The notes under the pieces are model-generated. The model worked only from the letters and a program-made list of their open reading frames with translations, was not told where the DNA came from and did no database searches. 34,231 nucleotides of DNA from a virus. Lineage: Duplodnaviria; Heunggongvirae; Uroviricota; Caudoviricetes. Shown here in pieces: positions 16,113-27,055 of the stretch; position 1 is the first letter of the stretch, and every line of letters starts with the position of its first letter. The stretch spans positions 1-34,231 of the IMG/VR virus record IMGVR_UViG_3300035655_000051. One strand, given 5' to 3'. The translations under genes and the position numbers were made by a program.

Positions 16113-19100
16113 TCATCTAACGTGCGCGTATTTACGAAGAATCGTTTCTTTGTCTGTCTGGGACTGAATCCACTTGCCTGTTTCATCCTTCGACCAACGT
16201 CCTTCTTCCCGTTCTTCATCGATACGGAGAATATCGCCTTTTTCAATCGGATCAGTTTCCAGTGTGCGAGCTTTGACTTTAAGCCGGCGCTGCTGACCGT
16301 TTTGCAGAACATATCCTAGAACTGTCTTGTTGGAGAATTTACCGTCAATATCTAGGATGTAGATATAAGAAGGATTTAATTTTGGAATAGTGAGTTGGAT
16401 ATATCCAAGGCAATCAGCTTCATACTGTATTCGTTCAGTAATTGAAGTCTTGATATCGGAAGTTTTCATACAAAGTAGTTGGACGATTCTTAGCCAATCG
16501 ACATTGACATATTTCTTTTCAGTTTCTTTTTCGCACAGTTTGAGCATTGTGTCATGTGGCAGCAGCTCGTCCAAATCAAGCTTGTTAAGCTGCTTTGCAC
16601 CATAGAATTCATTGAAGATTTTTACCTGCTCCAGAAGCTGATTCGGATTGCCAAACTCAGAGAAGAAGTCAAGCTTGATAAGAATATCCATCTGGCGGCT
16701 ATCGGCAATTTTTTTCTTCTGATTCATAACAAGCAGATCAACAAAAGAATCGAACTTGGTATTGCGTAGCTTGTAGAATTCACGACTTAGCCGTTTGTTT
16801 AGATACTTGATAGATTCCATGCCTTGATAGATCTTTTTGTCGCTTCTGTCGTAGACATATTCATCTCTTGAATGCCTGAACTTGATTGGCATAATTTGAA
16901 TTCCACGCTCACCAGCCAATTGAGTTGCCTTAATGATTTTATCTTGCGTATCTGCTGTATTAAGCAGCGCCGTGATAAACTCATGCGTGTAGTAGTAACG
17001 ATAATACGCACAATAATATGTAAGAATTGAGTACCCGGTAGCATGGTTCAAACCAAACTGATACGAGGCGGAGTTCTCGATAACCTGTAAGAATTCTTTT
17101 GCTTCTGTCTCAGCAGTCTCTCTTGATTTTGTCGAGTGATTACAATAACCATTCAGGATACGAGGCATCGCTGCATCCAACTCCGCCTTGTTCTTATGAC
17201 CGATTGCACGACGAACACTATCTGCATCACCGCCGCTCATATCACAGAACTGTTGTAGGAATGCAATAGTCTGTTCCTGAAAAACAAGCCAACCCAAGCT
17301 ATCTTTTAACAGCTCGTCAATTTCAGGCGATGGGTTGTGATTTGCTTCATGCCGGAAGAGCTTATCTCTGTAAGAAGCACCGCCGGGTCGAATAGCTGCT
17401 GTGACCAAGCTCAAATCTGCAATGCTGTGAACATCGTATTTTTTGAGCGAATCAAATGCAAAATCCTCAACAAACTGGAAGATACCAACAGGAGATTTTT
17501 TCATGTCATCCCAAACCTTTTGGTCATCGAAGTTCATTTCCCATGTGTGTGGGTACGGAATATCAGCCAGCTTACAAGTCTTATCAATAACAGATACTGT
17601 ATCAAGACCGAGGATATCGTATTTTGCCAGACCGACTGCATGAGACGCTTCCATGTCAAGACACAGAATAGGCAGACCGTCTTTATCTTGGAAGACACCA
17701 TACCTTTTATAAAGGTCGATTGGAGCAATGATAACGCCAGCTGGATGGTGAGACAGCGATACGATTGTCCCCTGCAATCCATCGAAATAGTAGAAGATAT
17801 CAGGATGGTCTGCACGGCACTTTTCAGCGTCGGCGTCGTATTCCTTTTTCACTTTTGCAATTCGATCAAGAGAATAAGGGTTCTCAGACTCATCTGTGCC
17901 CTGATTTTCTCGCTTCCAGACCTTAGCAAGAGCTCGTCCAATCTCGTCGATTGTCGCCTTTCCTGCCAGAGTACCCATAGCCAGAACATACGCGCATTTC
18001 TCACGACCGAACGATTCAAAAATATGGTTGTAAATTTTGGAACGATAAGCATCGGGAACATCGATATCAATATCGCCAATCTCTACTCGATTTTCGTTAC
18101 AAAAACGAGAAAACACAAGATTCCAGCGAACAGGGTTTACATCGATAATGTCAGTAATAAATGCACATCGAGATCCAGCAACAGAACCGCGACTTGGACC
18201 GAACGGAATTCCATCGTTCTTGCCCCAAATCATCAGGTCGCTCATAGATAGCATAAAACCCAGCATATTGGTCTTTTTAAAAACTTTTAGCTCTTCTTCA
18301 ATGTCTGCTTTAAACTGCTCAATTTCGTTCTCTGGAATAATTTTGCGTTTGACCTTATCGTTAAACATCCTGTGGGTACGACTGATATATTCCTTTTCGT
18401 CTGATTCTGTAGACCCTGTCAAAATTGGATATCTTGCTTTTGTGTTTAAAGTAAAATCCTTGACACTATCAGCCATCCGGTTCGTATTCCTGATTGCTTC
18501 CATCCAGACTTCGCGTGGGAGTGAATTTTGAACTTCAAACGCGCTAACAAGTTGATCATAAGATTTGAATGTCAGGTCGAATTCGTCCTCGCCAGTGAAC
18601 TCGATTCCCTTGCCCATCATAAGGATCTTGCGGCATTCTGCTTTATACGCATTCAGACTGTGAGTATCAGTTGCAGCAATCAGTGGCTTGTGATATTTTT
18701 TGGAAAGCTCCCAGAGATACTGGTTATATTCCTTTTGATCGTCACAATCGTGATATTGAATCTCATAATAATCATAGGTCTCGCATAGTTTGTCATAGAT
18801 TTCCTGACGAAATCCATCACATTCTGACGTGTATTTACGAAGCGGACTTGCCAGACAGGCAGAGATTTTGATGATGTTATCAGACAGACCAAAGAATTCT
18901 TCAAAAGTAATGCGCGGCTTATAATACTTGTGGTCAGCATCATAAGATGCGCCCATTACTTTGTTTAACTCCAGAACACCACGGGCATTTTTGCAAAGAA
19001 GAATCGTATGGAAGTTGTCGCGAACTTTATAACGTCCGGCGTCCATCATTTTGCCGATTTCCTCTTGTGCTTCCTGCGGGTCCCATCCCTGATAAGATTC

Positions 19101-19361
19101 ATAAACCTCGTCTGGAATCTCTGGATAGTGATACATATCAGAAGTAAGATAAACCTCGCAACCAACGATAAACTTCAGCCCCTTCTTTTCTGCGTACTGT
19201 TTCTTTGCAGTCCAGTTAAGGTTGTAACCATGGTTTGTAGAGGCGATTGCTTTCATTCCGTAAGAAGCAGCGAGATCAACATAGTCTTCCCATTTTGTAC
19301 AAGAATCAAGGAGCGAACCTTTATCGTCGTGGATATGGTATACACAGTAGTTTTGCTCCAT
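16113..19361 (-). CDS. dnaE: DNA polymerase III alpha subunit (family C)
   Basis: PHP domain (HIH..SLLD, TNHG, DTH), SRGSVAGS, GDIDID, HPAG, KYDILGL, YQFGLNH. Confidence 0.96.
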   Translation of the reverse strand: MEQNYCVYHIHDDKGSLLDSCTKWEDYVDLAASYGMKAIASTNHGYNLNWTAKKQYAEKKGLKFIVGCEVYLTSDMYHYPEIPDEVYESYQGWDPQEAQEEIGKMMDAGRYKVRDNFHTILLCKNARGVLELNKVMGASYDADHKYYKPRITFEEFFGLSDNIIKISACLASPLRKYTSECDGFRQEIYDKLCETYDYYEIQYHDCDDQKEYNQYLWELSKKYHKPLIAATDTHSLNAYKAECRKILMMGKGIEFTGEDEFDLTFKSYDQLVSAFEVQNSLPREVWMEAIRNTNRMADSVKDFTLNTKARYPILTGSTESDEKEYISRTHRMFNDKVKRKIIPENEIEQFKADIEEELKVFKKTNMLGFMLSMSDLMIWGKNDGIPFGPSRGSVAGSRCAFITDIIDVNPVRWNLVFSRFCNENRVEIGDIDIDVPDAYRSKIYNHIFESFGREKCAYVLAMGTLAGKATIDEIGRALAKVWKRENQGTDESENPYSLDRIAKVKKEYDADAEKCRADHPDIFYYFDGLQGTIVSLSHHPAGVIIAPIDLYKRYGVFQDKDGLPILCLDMEASHAVGLAKYDILGLDTVSVIDKTCKLADIPYPHTWEMNFDDQKVWDDMKKSPVGIFQFVEDFAFDSLKKYDVHSIADLSLVTAAIRPGGASYRDKLFRHEANHNPSPEIDELLKDSLGWLVFQEQTIAFLQQFCDMSGGDADSVRRAIGHKNKAELDAAMPRILNGYCNHSTKSRETAETEAKEFLQVIENSASYQFGLNHATGYSILTYYCAYYRYYYTHEFITALLNTADTQDKIIKATQLAGERGIQIMPIKFRHSRDEYVYDRSDKKIYQGMESIKYLNKRLSREFYKLRNTKFDSFVDLLVMNQKKKIADSRQMDILIKLDFFSEFGNPNQLLEQVKIFNEFYGAKQLNKLDLDELLPHDTMLKLCEKETEKKYVNVDWLRIVQLLCMKTSDIKTSITERIQYEADCLGYIQLTIPKLNPSYIYILDIDGKFSNKTVLGYVLQNGQQRRLKVKARTLETDPIEKGDILRIDEEREEGRWSKDETGKWIQSQTDKETILRKYAHVR

Positions 19362-19370
19362 AACTCCTCC

Positions 19371-20471
19371 TTAAAACAATTCATTCATCGCTGCGTCACT
19401 CGGATCTTTTGTTGCATAAAACTGCTTCTTATTGATACAATCTCGTAGCGGTTCACAGGTTTTACGATGTCCACACAGATTTGTACAGAAGAAGTTCGGA
19501 TTGCCGTTCTTCTCTTCAATCTCACGCGCAGGCCATTCACCTGTCTGCTTTCGCTCTTCGAATTCATCTGCCGTTTCGTTTATGTAATCAATGCATTCCT
19601 TGCGCAGTTCGTTTGTGATATGATACGGACGAACATATGTAGTCAATTTAAACTGGCAGCGGATATCTTCTGGCAAATCATTGATGTCGTTTGATTCAAT
19701 AAATGCCTGTGTTGCGATTTCAATTTCGTCGCTGTCGTATCCCGCTGCTTTCATCTTGGAACGAACCGTAGCCCGAAGTGTGTAACCAACTTTGCATCTA
19801 TCGAGTACTTTTTCAGTTAGTTTTGCTCGTCTGCCAGAACCAACTTCATAAACGATCTTACAGTATTTCACCATGATCCAAGCCGCTCCAGCCACTGTAA
19901 ATCCGGCCTGTTCCAGTGCCAAAGTATAAGCAACTAACTGCCGACCATAATGAAGAAGATCTTTGTCTTGGAATTGACTCGACGTCTTGATATCCAGCAC
20001 CTGCAGCCGACCATCCGGCAAAACACGAATCAAATCAGCATACCCCTGTAAATATCTATCCTCTCTCAGTTTAAGAATCAGTAGCTTTTCAACCTCGAAC
20101 TTGCCTTTTGGACTGATATAATCTCGAGCCATGCACATCATATTGCCAACCCAGCGATCTCTGATGCCATTGCCACCATCTCGTGTCTTTGGAAAATCAA
20201 TACCAAGCATATCGAGCTCATCTAAGGCATTTTGAAGTGCTGGTTTAATATCTGCTTCTGTGTTCTTGCCCTCAATGATTCCTTCGAGAACGTCGTGGCA
20301 GGTTCCGCCGAGATAGGAATATACATTCTGGCACTGTTCGCGCTTTTCGATATATGTAAGATACGCATTATACGGACAATCATGAATCGTGCCGAGCTTT
20401 GAATAGCTGTACACTTGCGCCCCTTTGTCGTACAACGCCTGTAGTTCTTGGGCAACGACTCTTTGACCCAT
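19371..20471 (-). CDS. PD-(D/E)XK nuclease (RecB/Cas4-like exonuclease)
   Basis: SYSK...CP, G...H, GYADL...DIKTS, QL..Y and C-terminal Cys cluster. Confidence 0.88.
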   Translation of the reverse strand: MGQRVVAQELQALYDKGAQVYSYSKLGTIHDCPYNAYLTYIEKREQCQNVYSYLGGTCHDVLEGIIEGKNTEADIKPALQNALDELDMLGIDFPKTRDGGNGIRDRWVGNMMCMARDYISPKGKFEVEKLLILKLREDRYLQGYADLIRVLPDGRLQVLDIKTSSQFQDKDLLHYGRQLVAYTLALEQAGFTVAGAAWIMVKYCKIVYEVGSGRRAKLTEKVLDRCKVGYTLRATVRSKMKAAGYDSDEIEIATQAFIESNDINDLPEDIRCQFKLTTYVRPYHITNELRKECIDYINETADEFEERKQTGEWPAREIEEKNGNPNFFCTNLCGHRKTCEPLRDCINKKQFYATKDPSDAAMNELF

Positions 20472-20476
20472 TTACA

Positions 20477-21496
20477 TCACTCCTCTACCCACTTCACATA
20501 TTTTGTTAATCCTTCTTGATAAGCTTCGCGTCCGAGGTCGGCAACGTTCTTTTTAGACCCTTCTGGAATCAACCCATCAGGCCATACATATCCGACCTTT
20601 GTTTTCAGGATCGGGTTATTCACAATTAGCTTTTTGCACTCATTGACCAGATGTTCTTCTTCAAGTCCTTCGTCATAAGCCAGAATAATTTTCTTTGGAA
20701 GAAGTCGCTTTATGTATTTTGCTTGAGTTTCTGACACATGACAGCCACACGTTGCAAGGGCAATATTACTGCCAAACGAATCACATTGCTGAACTGCCTT
20801 TTCAGATTCAAACAGAATCAGATTTTGGGTTTCTTGAATGCGCCGATAATTTTCGCCGTACCCAAACAATGTCTTGCTTCGTGGGCAAGATATCAATGGA
20901 AACCATCGTTTGTCGTGATCACATTCATAATTAGCACGCCCCATAATGCCGACCAATGAACCATCTATCGCACGCTCTGGGATTGTGATTCTATTTGAGT
21001 CAACATCATATCCAATGCCGAATTTTTCTTGTGTTCTCAAACTGATACCGTCTTTGACAAATTGAATACTGAATTTATTTGCATACGGTTCCAAAATCTC
21101 TTCTGGATACGTTTCCAATTCTTCCATCTCTTCTTCGTAATTCGGCAACAGTTTTAAAAAGAAACCACCAAATGGCCAGCGAGTTTTAATATTTAACTCT
21201 TCCAACGACAAACCGGCTTTAATTGCGGCGAACTTCAACGCATCAGGAAATGAACATCGTTTGACATCCATAATCAAGCTGAATATGTTTCCTTTTTGGT
21301 TCGTAGAAAAGACAAAGAATCGTAACGTTGCACAATCCACCAGACAGCTGGTCGGGTTTCTTTGTTCTTCGCGAGCAAATCTCAGATTGTTTTTTTGAGG
21401 ATTGAACTTGATATTTTCAAAGCCAAGAGCTTCAAGAATTTGGATGATTTTGTCTGGCTGATTTTCAAGCTTAGACTGCAAAGCGTTTACATCCAT
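20477..21496 (-). CDS. dnaG: DNA primase (TOPRIM)
   Basis: RITIP...G..GR, FESEK, LAYDEG; adjacent to the helicase. Confidence 0.85.
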   Translation of the reverse strand: MDVNALQSKLENQPDKIIQILEALGFENIKFNPQKNNLRFAREEQRNPTSCLVDCATLRFFVFSTNQKGNIFSLIMDVKRCSFPDALKFAAIKAGLSLEELNIKTRWPFGGFFLKLLPNYEEEMEELETYPEEILEPYANKFSIQFVKDGISLRTQEKFGIGYDVDSNRITIPERAIDGSLVGIMGRANYECDHDKRWFPLISCPRSKTLFGYGENYRRIQETQNLILFESEKAVQQCDSFGSNIALATCGCHVSETQAKYIKRLLPKKIILAYDEGLEEEHLVNECKKLIVNNPILKTKVGYVWPDGLIPEGSKKNVADLGREAYQEGLTKYVKWVEE

Positions 21497-21521
21497 TCAT
21501 ACCGAGTCCTCCCTTCTTTAT

Positions 21522-22991
21522 TTATCTCCTATCATACTGGCCATGATCGTTTATAATGGTACAATACCCAAGCTCTCGCCAGCAGTTCCATGCGCCATCA
21601 AACTGAAAAAGGATTGTTTGTCCATCTTCATCGTTTCTCGTTTTATTCAAAAATGCGACAACATATGTTTTGTCTTTGTCAAGCACAATCGGAATCTTGA
21701 TTTTTGGATTTTCCTTCGAACGATAGTACGGATCACAATCGAACTTTTCACCAGTATATTCATCCTGCCAAAGTCTACGAACCATCACGAGCTCGCTAAT
21801 AACTTCTTTAATCTGTTTTGAATTAGATAAGCAAGAAGCATCAAGCCACCGCTGGTTTGTTGTATGTAATGCAAGCTGAAAAGTACTGACAAATGCGATT
21901 TGCTCTTTATTGACCACATTGAAAATACGACGACTGTTCATAAGCAATGCTTGCCACATGTTATCATCTACACTGTCATCACTTTTGAGTGTATCGTACA
22001 CAACGACTTTCGTTCCTGTTCTTGCTAGTCGTTTTATGTGTTTCAATAGTTTTCCAGTGTCGTTTTCGAACATTTTTATGAAACGAATATTGGAGTATTT
22101 TTCTTTTGTGATTTGTGCGGCCTTACGAAGCATCTTCCATTCTTCTTCATTAAAATGCCCTATTTTTAATTTCTTACGTGTGATTTTCCAATAATTCAAA
22201 TCTTTTGTAAGAATATGGACAAGCAACATATTTTTATACGCTTTTGACATCATTTCGTTTGAAATTATAGCCACCTGATTTCCCTGTTCGGCGAACGGAA
22301 GTACCATCAATTCAAATATCAGGCTCGACTTGCCCGCGCCGCTATGCCCGGCAAGCATATACATATCTCCCACGGGTGCACCAAGTGTCAGATAATTCAA
22401 AATAGGAGCGCCAGCCGCATAACTAATTCCTTGGTCTTGTCCTTCATTACATTGCTGCAAATACTTTTCATCGACGACCAAATCCTCAACCTTGGAATCC
22501 TGTCCTGTAATAAGCGCCGCCTGATTATTGAGCAACTCAAAAGTGTTATACACATCTTCATTTGTTGCATCATCAAACCGTTCTGGATGACTAAGCAGTT
22601 CGTCATACTTGGTCGCCAAGATTTTGAGCGTATTCATCTTAGAGATCTGGTTGTAATAGCTATCCGTGTTTTCAGGATCAACCAAATCCATCATAGCTAC
22701 ACAGGCACGCCAGCCATTTAATTCCTCATAATGCTTACGGAGAGAGGGCTTGTCGGCCAGATATGTGTCAAGCGTGATGTTGTCAATGTTCGCAAACCCT
22801 TGCCGACGGATGCCACGTCCAATCATGAAATAAAACACCTGATCTTCACAAATCAGAGTCTTATCCATTCCCTCATTGACGTTTTTATAATCATCGTATC
22901 GCTGAGGATCTTTCCACAAACAAAAAACAAAGCTTGCTTCGGCACGTACTCGATTTTCTTCGATTCTCGCAATAGCTTTGTTCAAATCCAT
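21522..22991 (-). CDS. dnaB: Replicative helicase, DnaB-like
   Basis: AGHSGAGKS, SNEM, VVYD, FQL, KTRN. Confidence 0.88.
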   Translation of the reverse strand: MDLNKAIARIEENRVRAEASFVFCLWKDPQRYDDYKNVNEGMDKTLICEDQVFYFMIGRGIRRQGFANIDNITLDTYLADKPSLRKHYEELNGWRACVAMMDLVDPENTDSYYNQISKMNTLKILATKYDELLSHPERFDDATNEDVYNTFELLNNQAALITGQDSKVEDLVVDEKYLQQCNEGQDQGISYAAGAPILNYLTLGAPVGDMYMLAGHSGAGKSSLIFELMVLPFAEQGNQVAIISNEMMSKAYKNMLLVHILTKDLNYWKITRKKLKIGHFNEEEWKMLRKAAQITKEKYSNIRFIKMFENDTGKLLKHIKRLARTGTKVVVYDTLKSDDSVDDNMWQALLMNSRRIFNVVNKEQIAFVSTFQLALHTTNQRWLDASCLSNSKQIKEVISELVMVRRLWQDEYTGEKFDCDPYYRSKENPKIKIPIVLDKDKTYVVAFLNKTRNDEDGQTILFQFDGAWNCWRELGYCTIINDHGQYDRR

Positions 22992-23572
22992 AAATCGTCA
23001 CCTCCTAGCAAGCTGCTAACATCATTTCCTTTATGTACTGTTCCAATATTTGACAGGTCAACCATTGTATCGAGATCCGGTCTAGAATCTTCTCTTGCGG
23101 TCTTCCTTGTTTTGTTTTTCTCGCGATCATATACGCCTTTGATTTTATTGCGAATAATTGCCATCAAATAACTCGCCGCGCCAGCATCATCTTCGAAGTT
23201 TTTATTCTGCATCGCCCACTGAACTGCATCTGCACTTTCATCCAATGTTTGCTGAATAATTTCGTCTGAGTAAAAATCAAGTTCTTTTAGTCGTCGAAAC
23301 ACAATCGTCGGCATCGGCTGTGCTCCACCTCGCTCATAACCAAGGAAATCTGCAATGGTATCACAGAGTTTCTTGTACGATTCAGGAGTTCTGCCCGGCT
23401 TGTCATAATGTTTCGGCTTGTTCTTCAGAGCTTTTTCTTTTCTACGACCAGCCAGCCACGCTTGATAAACCGCTTCAGACTGAAAATACCGTTTGTTAGG
23501 CGCTTTATAATACTGATCTCTTGGGCCTTTGACGCCTGTGGCCATACATGTAACCATTACCGGCTTAGCCAT
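22982..23572 (-). CDS. Hypothetical replication-module protein
   Basis: ORF overlapping the helicase start; possible loader or initiator. Confidence 0.75.
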   Translation of the reverse strand: MAKPVMVTCMATGVKGPRDQYYKAPNKRYFQSEAVYQAWLAGRRKEKALKNKPKHYDKPGRTPESYKKLCDTIADFLGYERGGAQPMPTIVFRRLKELDFYSDEIIQQTLDESADAVQWAMQNKNFEDDAGAASYLMAIIRNKIKGVYDREKNKTRKTAREDSRPDLDTMVDLSNIGTVHKGNDVSSLLGGDDLWI

Positions 23573-23632
23573 ATTTACTCCTCATAATAAATTCCCACCA
23601 ACCCACCCTGCTGTTATATATTTAAGTTATGT

Positions 23633-24763
23633 TTATACGATCAAAGAATAAACTTTCTTCAGTTCTGCAATCGGGAACTCCGGATCTGAGAACTTCTTGC
23701 CGATGTTGTTACGCACTTCAGCAACCTTCGCTTTTACATCATCAGATGCGCTCTTATAGTTATTCTGAATTGCACTAATCCACTCGGCGCGATACTGTTC
23801 ATCCTCTTCATCCTGAGCTGCTCCAACATACTGCTTTACACGCTCGGCCTGTACCGACTCAACTTTCTTCTTCTCTGCTGCCTGCTTCTTCAGATCTGCT
23901 TCATAAGAACGACCGCCCTTATCATGTTCTGCCTTGATTGCATCGGTCAGAGCCTTGATGAACTCATCTGCGTCCAGAGGAATACGGTCAACAATATCAG
24001 CGAAACGACTCTTGGAGTCCACAGAGAAGTTGTCATCGCGGAAGCAAATCACACGACGCTCGGACTTAACCTTGCCGATAATTTCCTCTTTGCCATTGAC
24101 AACATTCTTACGACCGGTTTTTACCTTATCGATATCGCGATCAATATATGCGACACCAACGACATCGACCTTGTTTTTCAGTGCATTGAAATACCGCTTG
24201 TCCATATTAGTAGACAACATGGAGTAACTTGCCAGAGTAACAGGATCAGTAATATCGGTCTTCTTTGTATGACCAATAATGATAGGGCTGATACCTACAC
24301 GCTTCAGTTCCCACAGACGATTCGTAACTAATTCGGTTGCTTTATCAGTGGGGCCGTTAAATCCAGAGAAAGTTGCCTTAAAAGACTTTGTGCGCTTATC
24401 AGGATTCTCACGGTTCCAAATTCGAATTGTCTCATCTTCGGCCATTCGCATCAGTTCATCGATGGTATCAATGACAACAACCTTCAAATCACTATAATCA
24501 GTGAAGCGATTTTCAATGATATCCATAGTGACTTCATCAAAATGTTCCCAATCCCACACGGCTTCCTGAACGATACCTTCAATAGTGGCCTGATCTGCTT
24601 CTTTACCACAGGTCAAAAAGATATAGCCATCATCACCAACCATTTTTTCACAAACCTGTTTAACCAGCGTAGTTTTGCCAATGCCGCCCTCGCCCATCAA
24701 ATAGATACTATAATCAAGAGGATTCAAACTAATTTCAGTTTTCTTACCAAATTTACGCGCCAT
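23633..24763 (-). CDS. AAA_24/Sak4-like ATPase
   Basis: GEGGIGKTT, VVIDT, IIIGH, KSRF. Confidence 0.8.
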   Translation of the reverse strand: MARKFGKKTEISLNPLDYSIYLMGEGGIGKTTLVKQVCEKMVGDDGYIFLTCGKEADQATIEGIVQEAVWDWEHFDEVTMDIIENRFTDYSDLKVVVIDTIDELMRMAEDETIRIWNRENPDKRTKSFKATFSGFNGPTDKATELVTNRLWELKRVGISPIIIGHTKKTDITDPVTLASYSMLSTNMDKRYFNALKNKVDVVGVAYIDRDIDKVKTGRKNVVNGKEEIIGKVKSERRVICFRDDNFSVDSKSRFADIVDRIPLDADEFIKALTDAIKAEHDKGGRSYEADLKKQAAEKKKVESVQAERVKQYVGAAQDEEDEQYRAEWISAIQNNYKSASDDVKAKVAEVRNNIGKKFSDPEFPIAELKKVYSLIV

Positions 24764-24815
24764 TATATATTCTCCTTATTAAGTATTTTTAAGTTCTGTT
24801 TGTAAGAGCAAAAAA

Positions 24816-25937
24816 TTAGAACAGCGTATCAATGCCATCGTCATCATCGCCCTCTTCCACCTTGACGGTCTTAGCAGGCTTTGTCGCGGGCTTCTTGTAA
24901 GAACTCTTCACCATGTCATCGACAGTTTCATCCTCAGACGGAGAATAAATCATATCTTCAAACTCGCGAACAGTCATATCGGAGTCTGCTGCGGTCTTGC
25001 AGTCCTTGAATTCATCCTTAACCAATGGCTTGATCAGGCGCAGTTCGTGAACCTTCTCGCCGTAAATATTGCCACGCGGCTTGAAATCCTCCAGCTTATT
25101 CAGACCAGCCTCAATAAACTCACGCTGGATATCAGTCAGGCAGCTCTCGTCGAACTCCTTCTCCTCTGCACCATTCACCACGCCGATTGCCCAGTTCATA
25201 TGAACGGGATTCTTAGACTTGGTTTCGAGGTAACGCATCTTCAGGTCGTAAATCCGCTTGTGCTTCTCCTTGCTCATATCCAAAACAGAAGTGTTAAACA
25301 CGGTGCTCACAGGGAACATCTTCTGAGCGGCATCTGCGGCCGACCACATCGGAGTGTAGCAATTCATGAAGATCTTACCTTCAGACTTCTCTTCGGAACG
25401 ATCGATACTGTTCTTATCATAATACAGATCCAGATTCATAGTTAGATGCGGAGTGTCTTTGCCGTCAACTGCTGCATACACATTCTGAATCTGGAACTCC
25501 TCAAAAATGCGATCCTTGTATGCGCCTGTGCCGGGACGCAGCTTGTAAATACCAGCCACAACGATCGGCTCAGCATAACCAGTCAGGGCAGATTCCAGAT
25601 ACTCGATCATATCCCATGCGGTAATGAACTCCTTGCGCTCGCCCAGATTCACGACATACTTTCGCATACTGGACACCATATCGACAGTATCCTTATCAAA
25701 ACGATCGTCCCAATCAATCTCGATATCCTCATTATCGACATTCTTGGTCTTAATAGTATCGTTCTTGAAACCCTGAGCAGACACATAAACGCAATTCATG
25801 CCGTTCTTGATTCCCATGTTCAGGCTAATCTTTTCAGAGTTGTTATAAGTATCGCGCTTTACCCAAGGGTTGTTCCGCTTCGGAATGACGATATCGCCAC
25901 AAAAATTAAAACGAGGATAAATGTTCTTCTCTGCCAT
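24816..25937 (-). CDS. Putative single-stranded DNA-binding protein
   Basis: Acidic tail EEGDDDDGIDTLF; position upstream of the Sak4-like ATPase and helicase. Confidence 0.6.
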   Translation of the reverse strand: MAEKNIYPRFNFCGDIVIPKRNNPWVKRDTYNNSEKISLNMGIKNGMNCVYVSAQGFKNDTIKTKNVDNEDIEIDWDDRFDKDTVDMVSSMRKYVVNLGERKEFITAWDMIEYLESALTGYAEPIVVAGIYKLRPGTGAYKDRIFEEFQIQNVYAAVDGKDTPHLTMNLDLYYDKNSIDRSEEKSEGKIFMNCYTPMWSAADAAQKMFPVSTVFNTSVLDMSKEKHKRIYDLKMRYLETKSKNPVHMNWAIGVVNGAEEKEFDESCLTDIQREFIEAGLNKLEDFKPRGNIYGEKVHELRLIKPLVKDEFKDCKTAADSDMTVREFEDMIYSPSEDETVDDMVKSSYKKPATKPAKTVKVEEGDDDDGIDTLF

Positions 25938-25961
25938 ATGTGCCTCCTATGTATATCAACA

Positions 25962-26219
25962 TTAGTAATCGATTTCTTCAGTGGTTTTAGACTCCCAGAC
26001 AGGGATACTACTATTAGGAATACCACCTGCTTCAATTGTCGGCTCATGCTTACAACGGGAAATAAATTCGTCCGTCAGCTTATCAACACAATCAGAGCAC
26101 ATGGAAAACTTCATCCGGTCTCCGTCGCGTTTGCTTCCATAAAAGAACCGTACAGTCAGATCTCCCAAATTTGCTTCGTCACAGGGGTCCAGCGTCTTAC
26201 CACAAAAATTGCAAAGCAT
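25962..26219 (-). CDS. Zn-finger hypothetical protein
   Basis: CNFCG...YGSKRDG...CSDC. Confidence 0.75.
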   Translation of the reverse strand: MLCNFCGKTLDPCDEANLGDLTVRFFYGSKRDGDRMKFSMCSDCVDKLTDEFISRCKHEPTIEAGGIPNSSIPVWESKTTEEIDY

Positions 26220-26323
26220 ATTATTTCTCCTATCTAATTTGATTTTCGCCTATTATCGCATCAAATTGGGAGAAGCTCGTCCATACAGCATCTCTGTTCC
26301 CCTTTCATTTTTTATTTATAAAC

Positions 26324-27055
26324 TCACTTCAGTTCTATGATGTCGTTATAGAGCATCACATAATCATCCGTGTATTTATCTCCATGAAAGTGGCCAAAAT
26401 ACCACATCGGTTTATGGTCCGCCGGGAATTGCTCGTAAAGGTCATCAAAAAACTCTTCTGTTGATGTATCGACCGTACTTTGATCAATTCCATTCAAGAA
26501 CAGTTCTTCAGGTTCAAACCGCAGCGGACAAGTATGAGTCAACATAATGTCGATCGGATATCTGGCTGCCATAAGACGAACAAGACCTTTTGTAAGCTCG
26601 TTTGGTTGTTCATCTGGCCACCAATTCCAACCGCGTTGTAATCGATAATATTTGTCAACCGAATAAGCGCCACCGCAAACCAGTGCATTCAATGTACGTT
26701 CAGATGTTTGAATTACATAAATCGCACCATCAATCGCAAAATATTGATTAGGATGCTCGGAGCTCCATAACATTGGGCCCCGAATTGCGCCTTCTGTGAC
26801 TTCGACCTCTTGATATCCTTCTGTCTCACTCGGGCGACGTTCATGGTTGCCGTGGATACAAAACAGTTTTGCAGGAATTGAATCGGCAACATTTTTGATG
26901 AACATTTCTCTTGGATAATCCTTGCCATAGTAATTCAGACCCACATCACCGAGACATATAACCCATTCAATGTTAGGATGGTCGAGACAGAAGTATTTCA
27001 AATCATAAAACCGACTTGGATTACCATGAATATCACCTGTCATGTAAATCGACAT
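26324..27055 (-). CDS. Calcineurin-like metallophosphoesterase
   Basis: GDIHG, LGD, GNHE, THT and GHFH motifs. Confidence 0.92.
   Translation of the reverse strand: MSIYMTGDIHGNPSRFYDLKYFCLDHPNIEWVICLGDVGLNYYGKDYPREMFIKNVADSIPAKLFCIHGNHERRPSETEGYQEVEVTEGAIRGPMLWSSEHPNQYFAIDGAIYVIQTSERTLNALVCGGAYSVDKYYRLQRGWNWWPDEQPNELTKGLVRLMAARYPIDIMLTHTCPLRFEPEELFLNGIDQSTVDTSTEEFFDDLYEQFPADHKPMWYFGHFHGDKYTDDYVMLYNDIIELK

Noticed and set aside
9773..22991. Inteins or group I/II introns in nrdD, dnaE, thyX or the helicase
   Set aside because: ORFs are continuous and of expected size, with no intein termini or LAGLIDADG motifs seen
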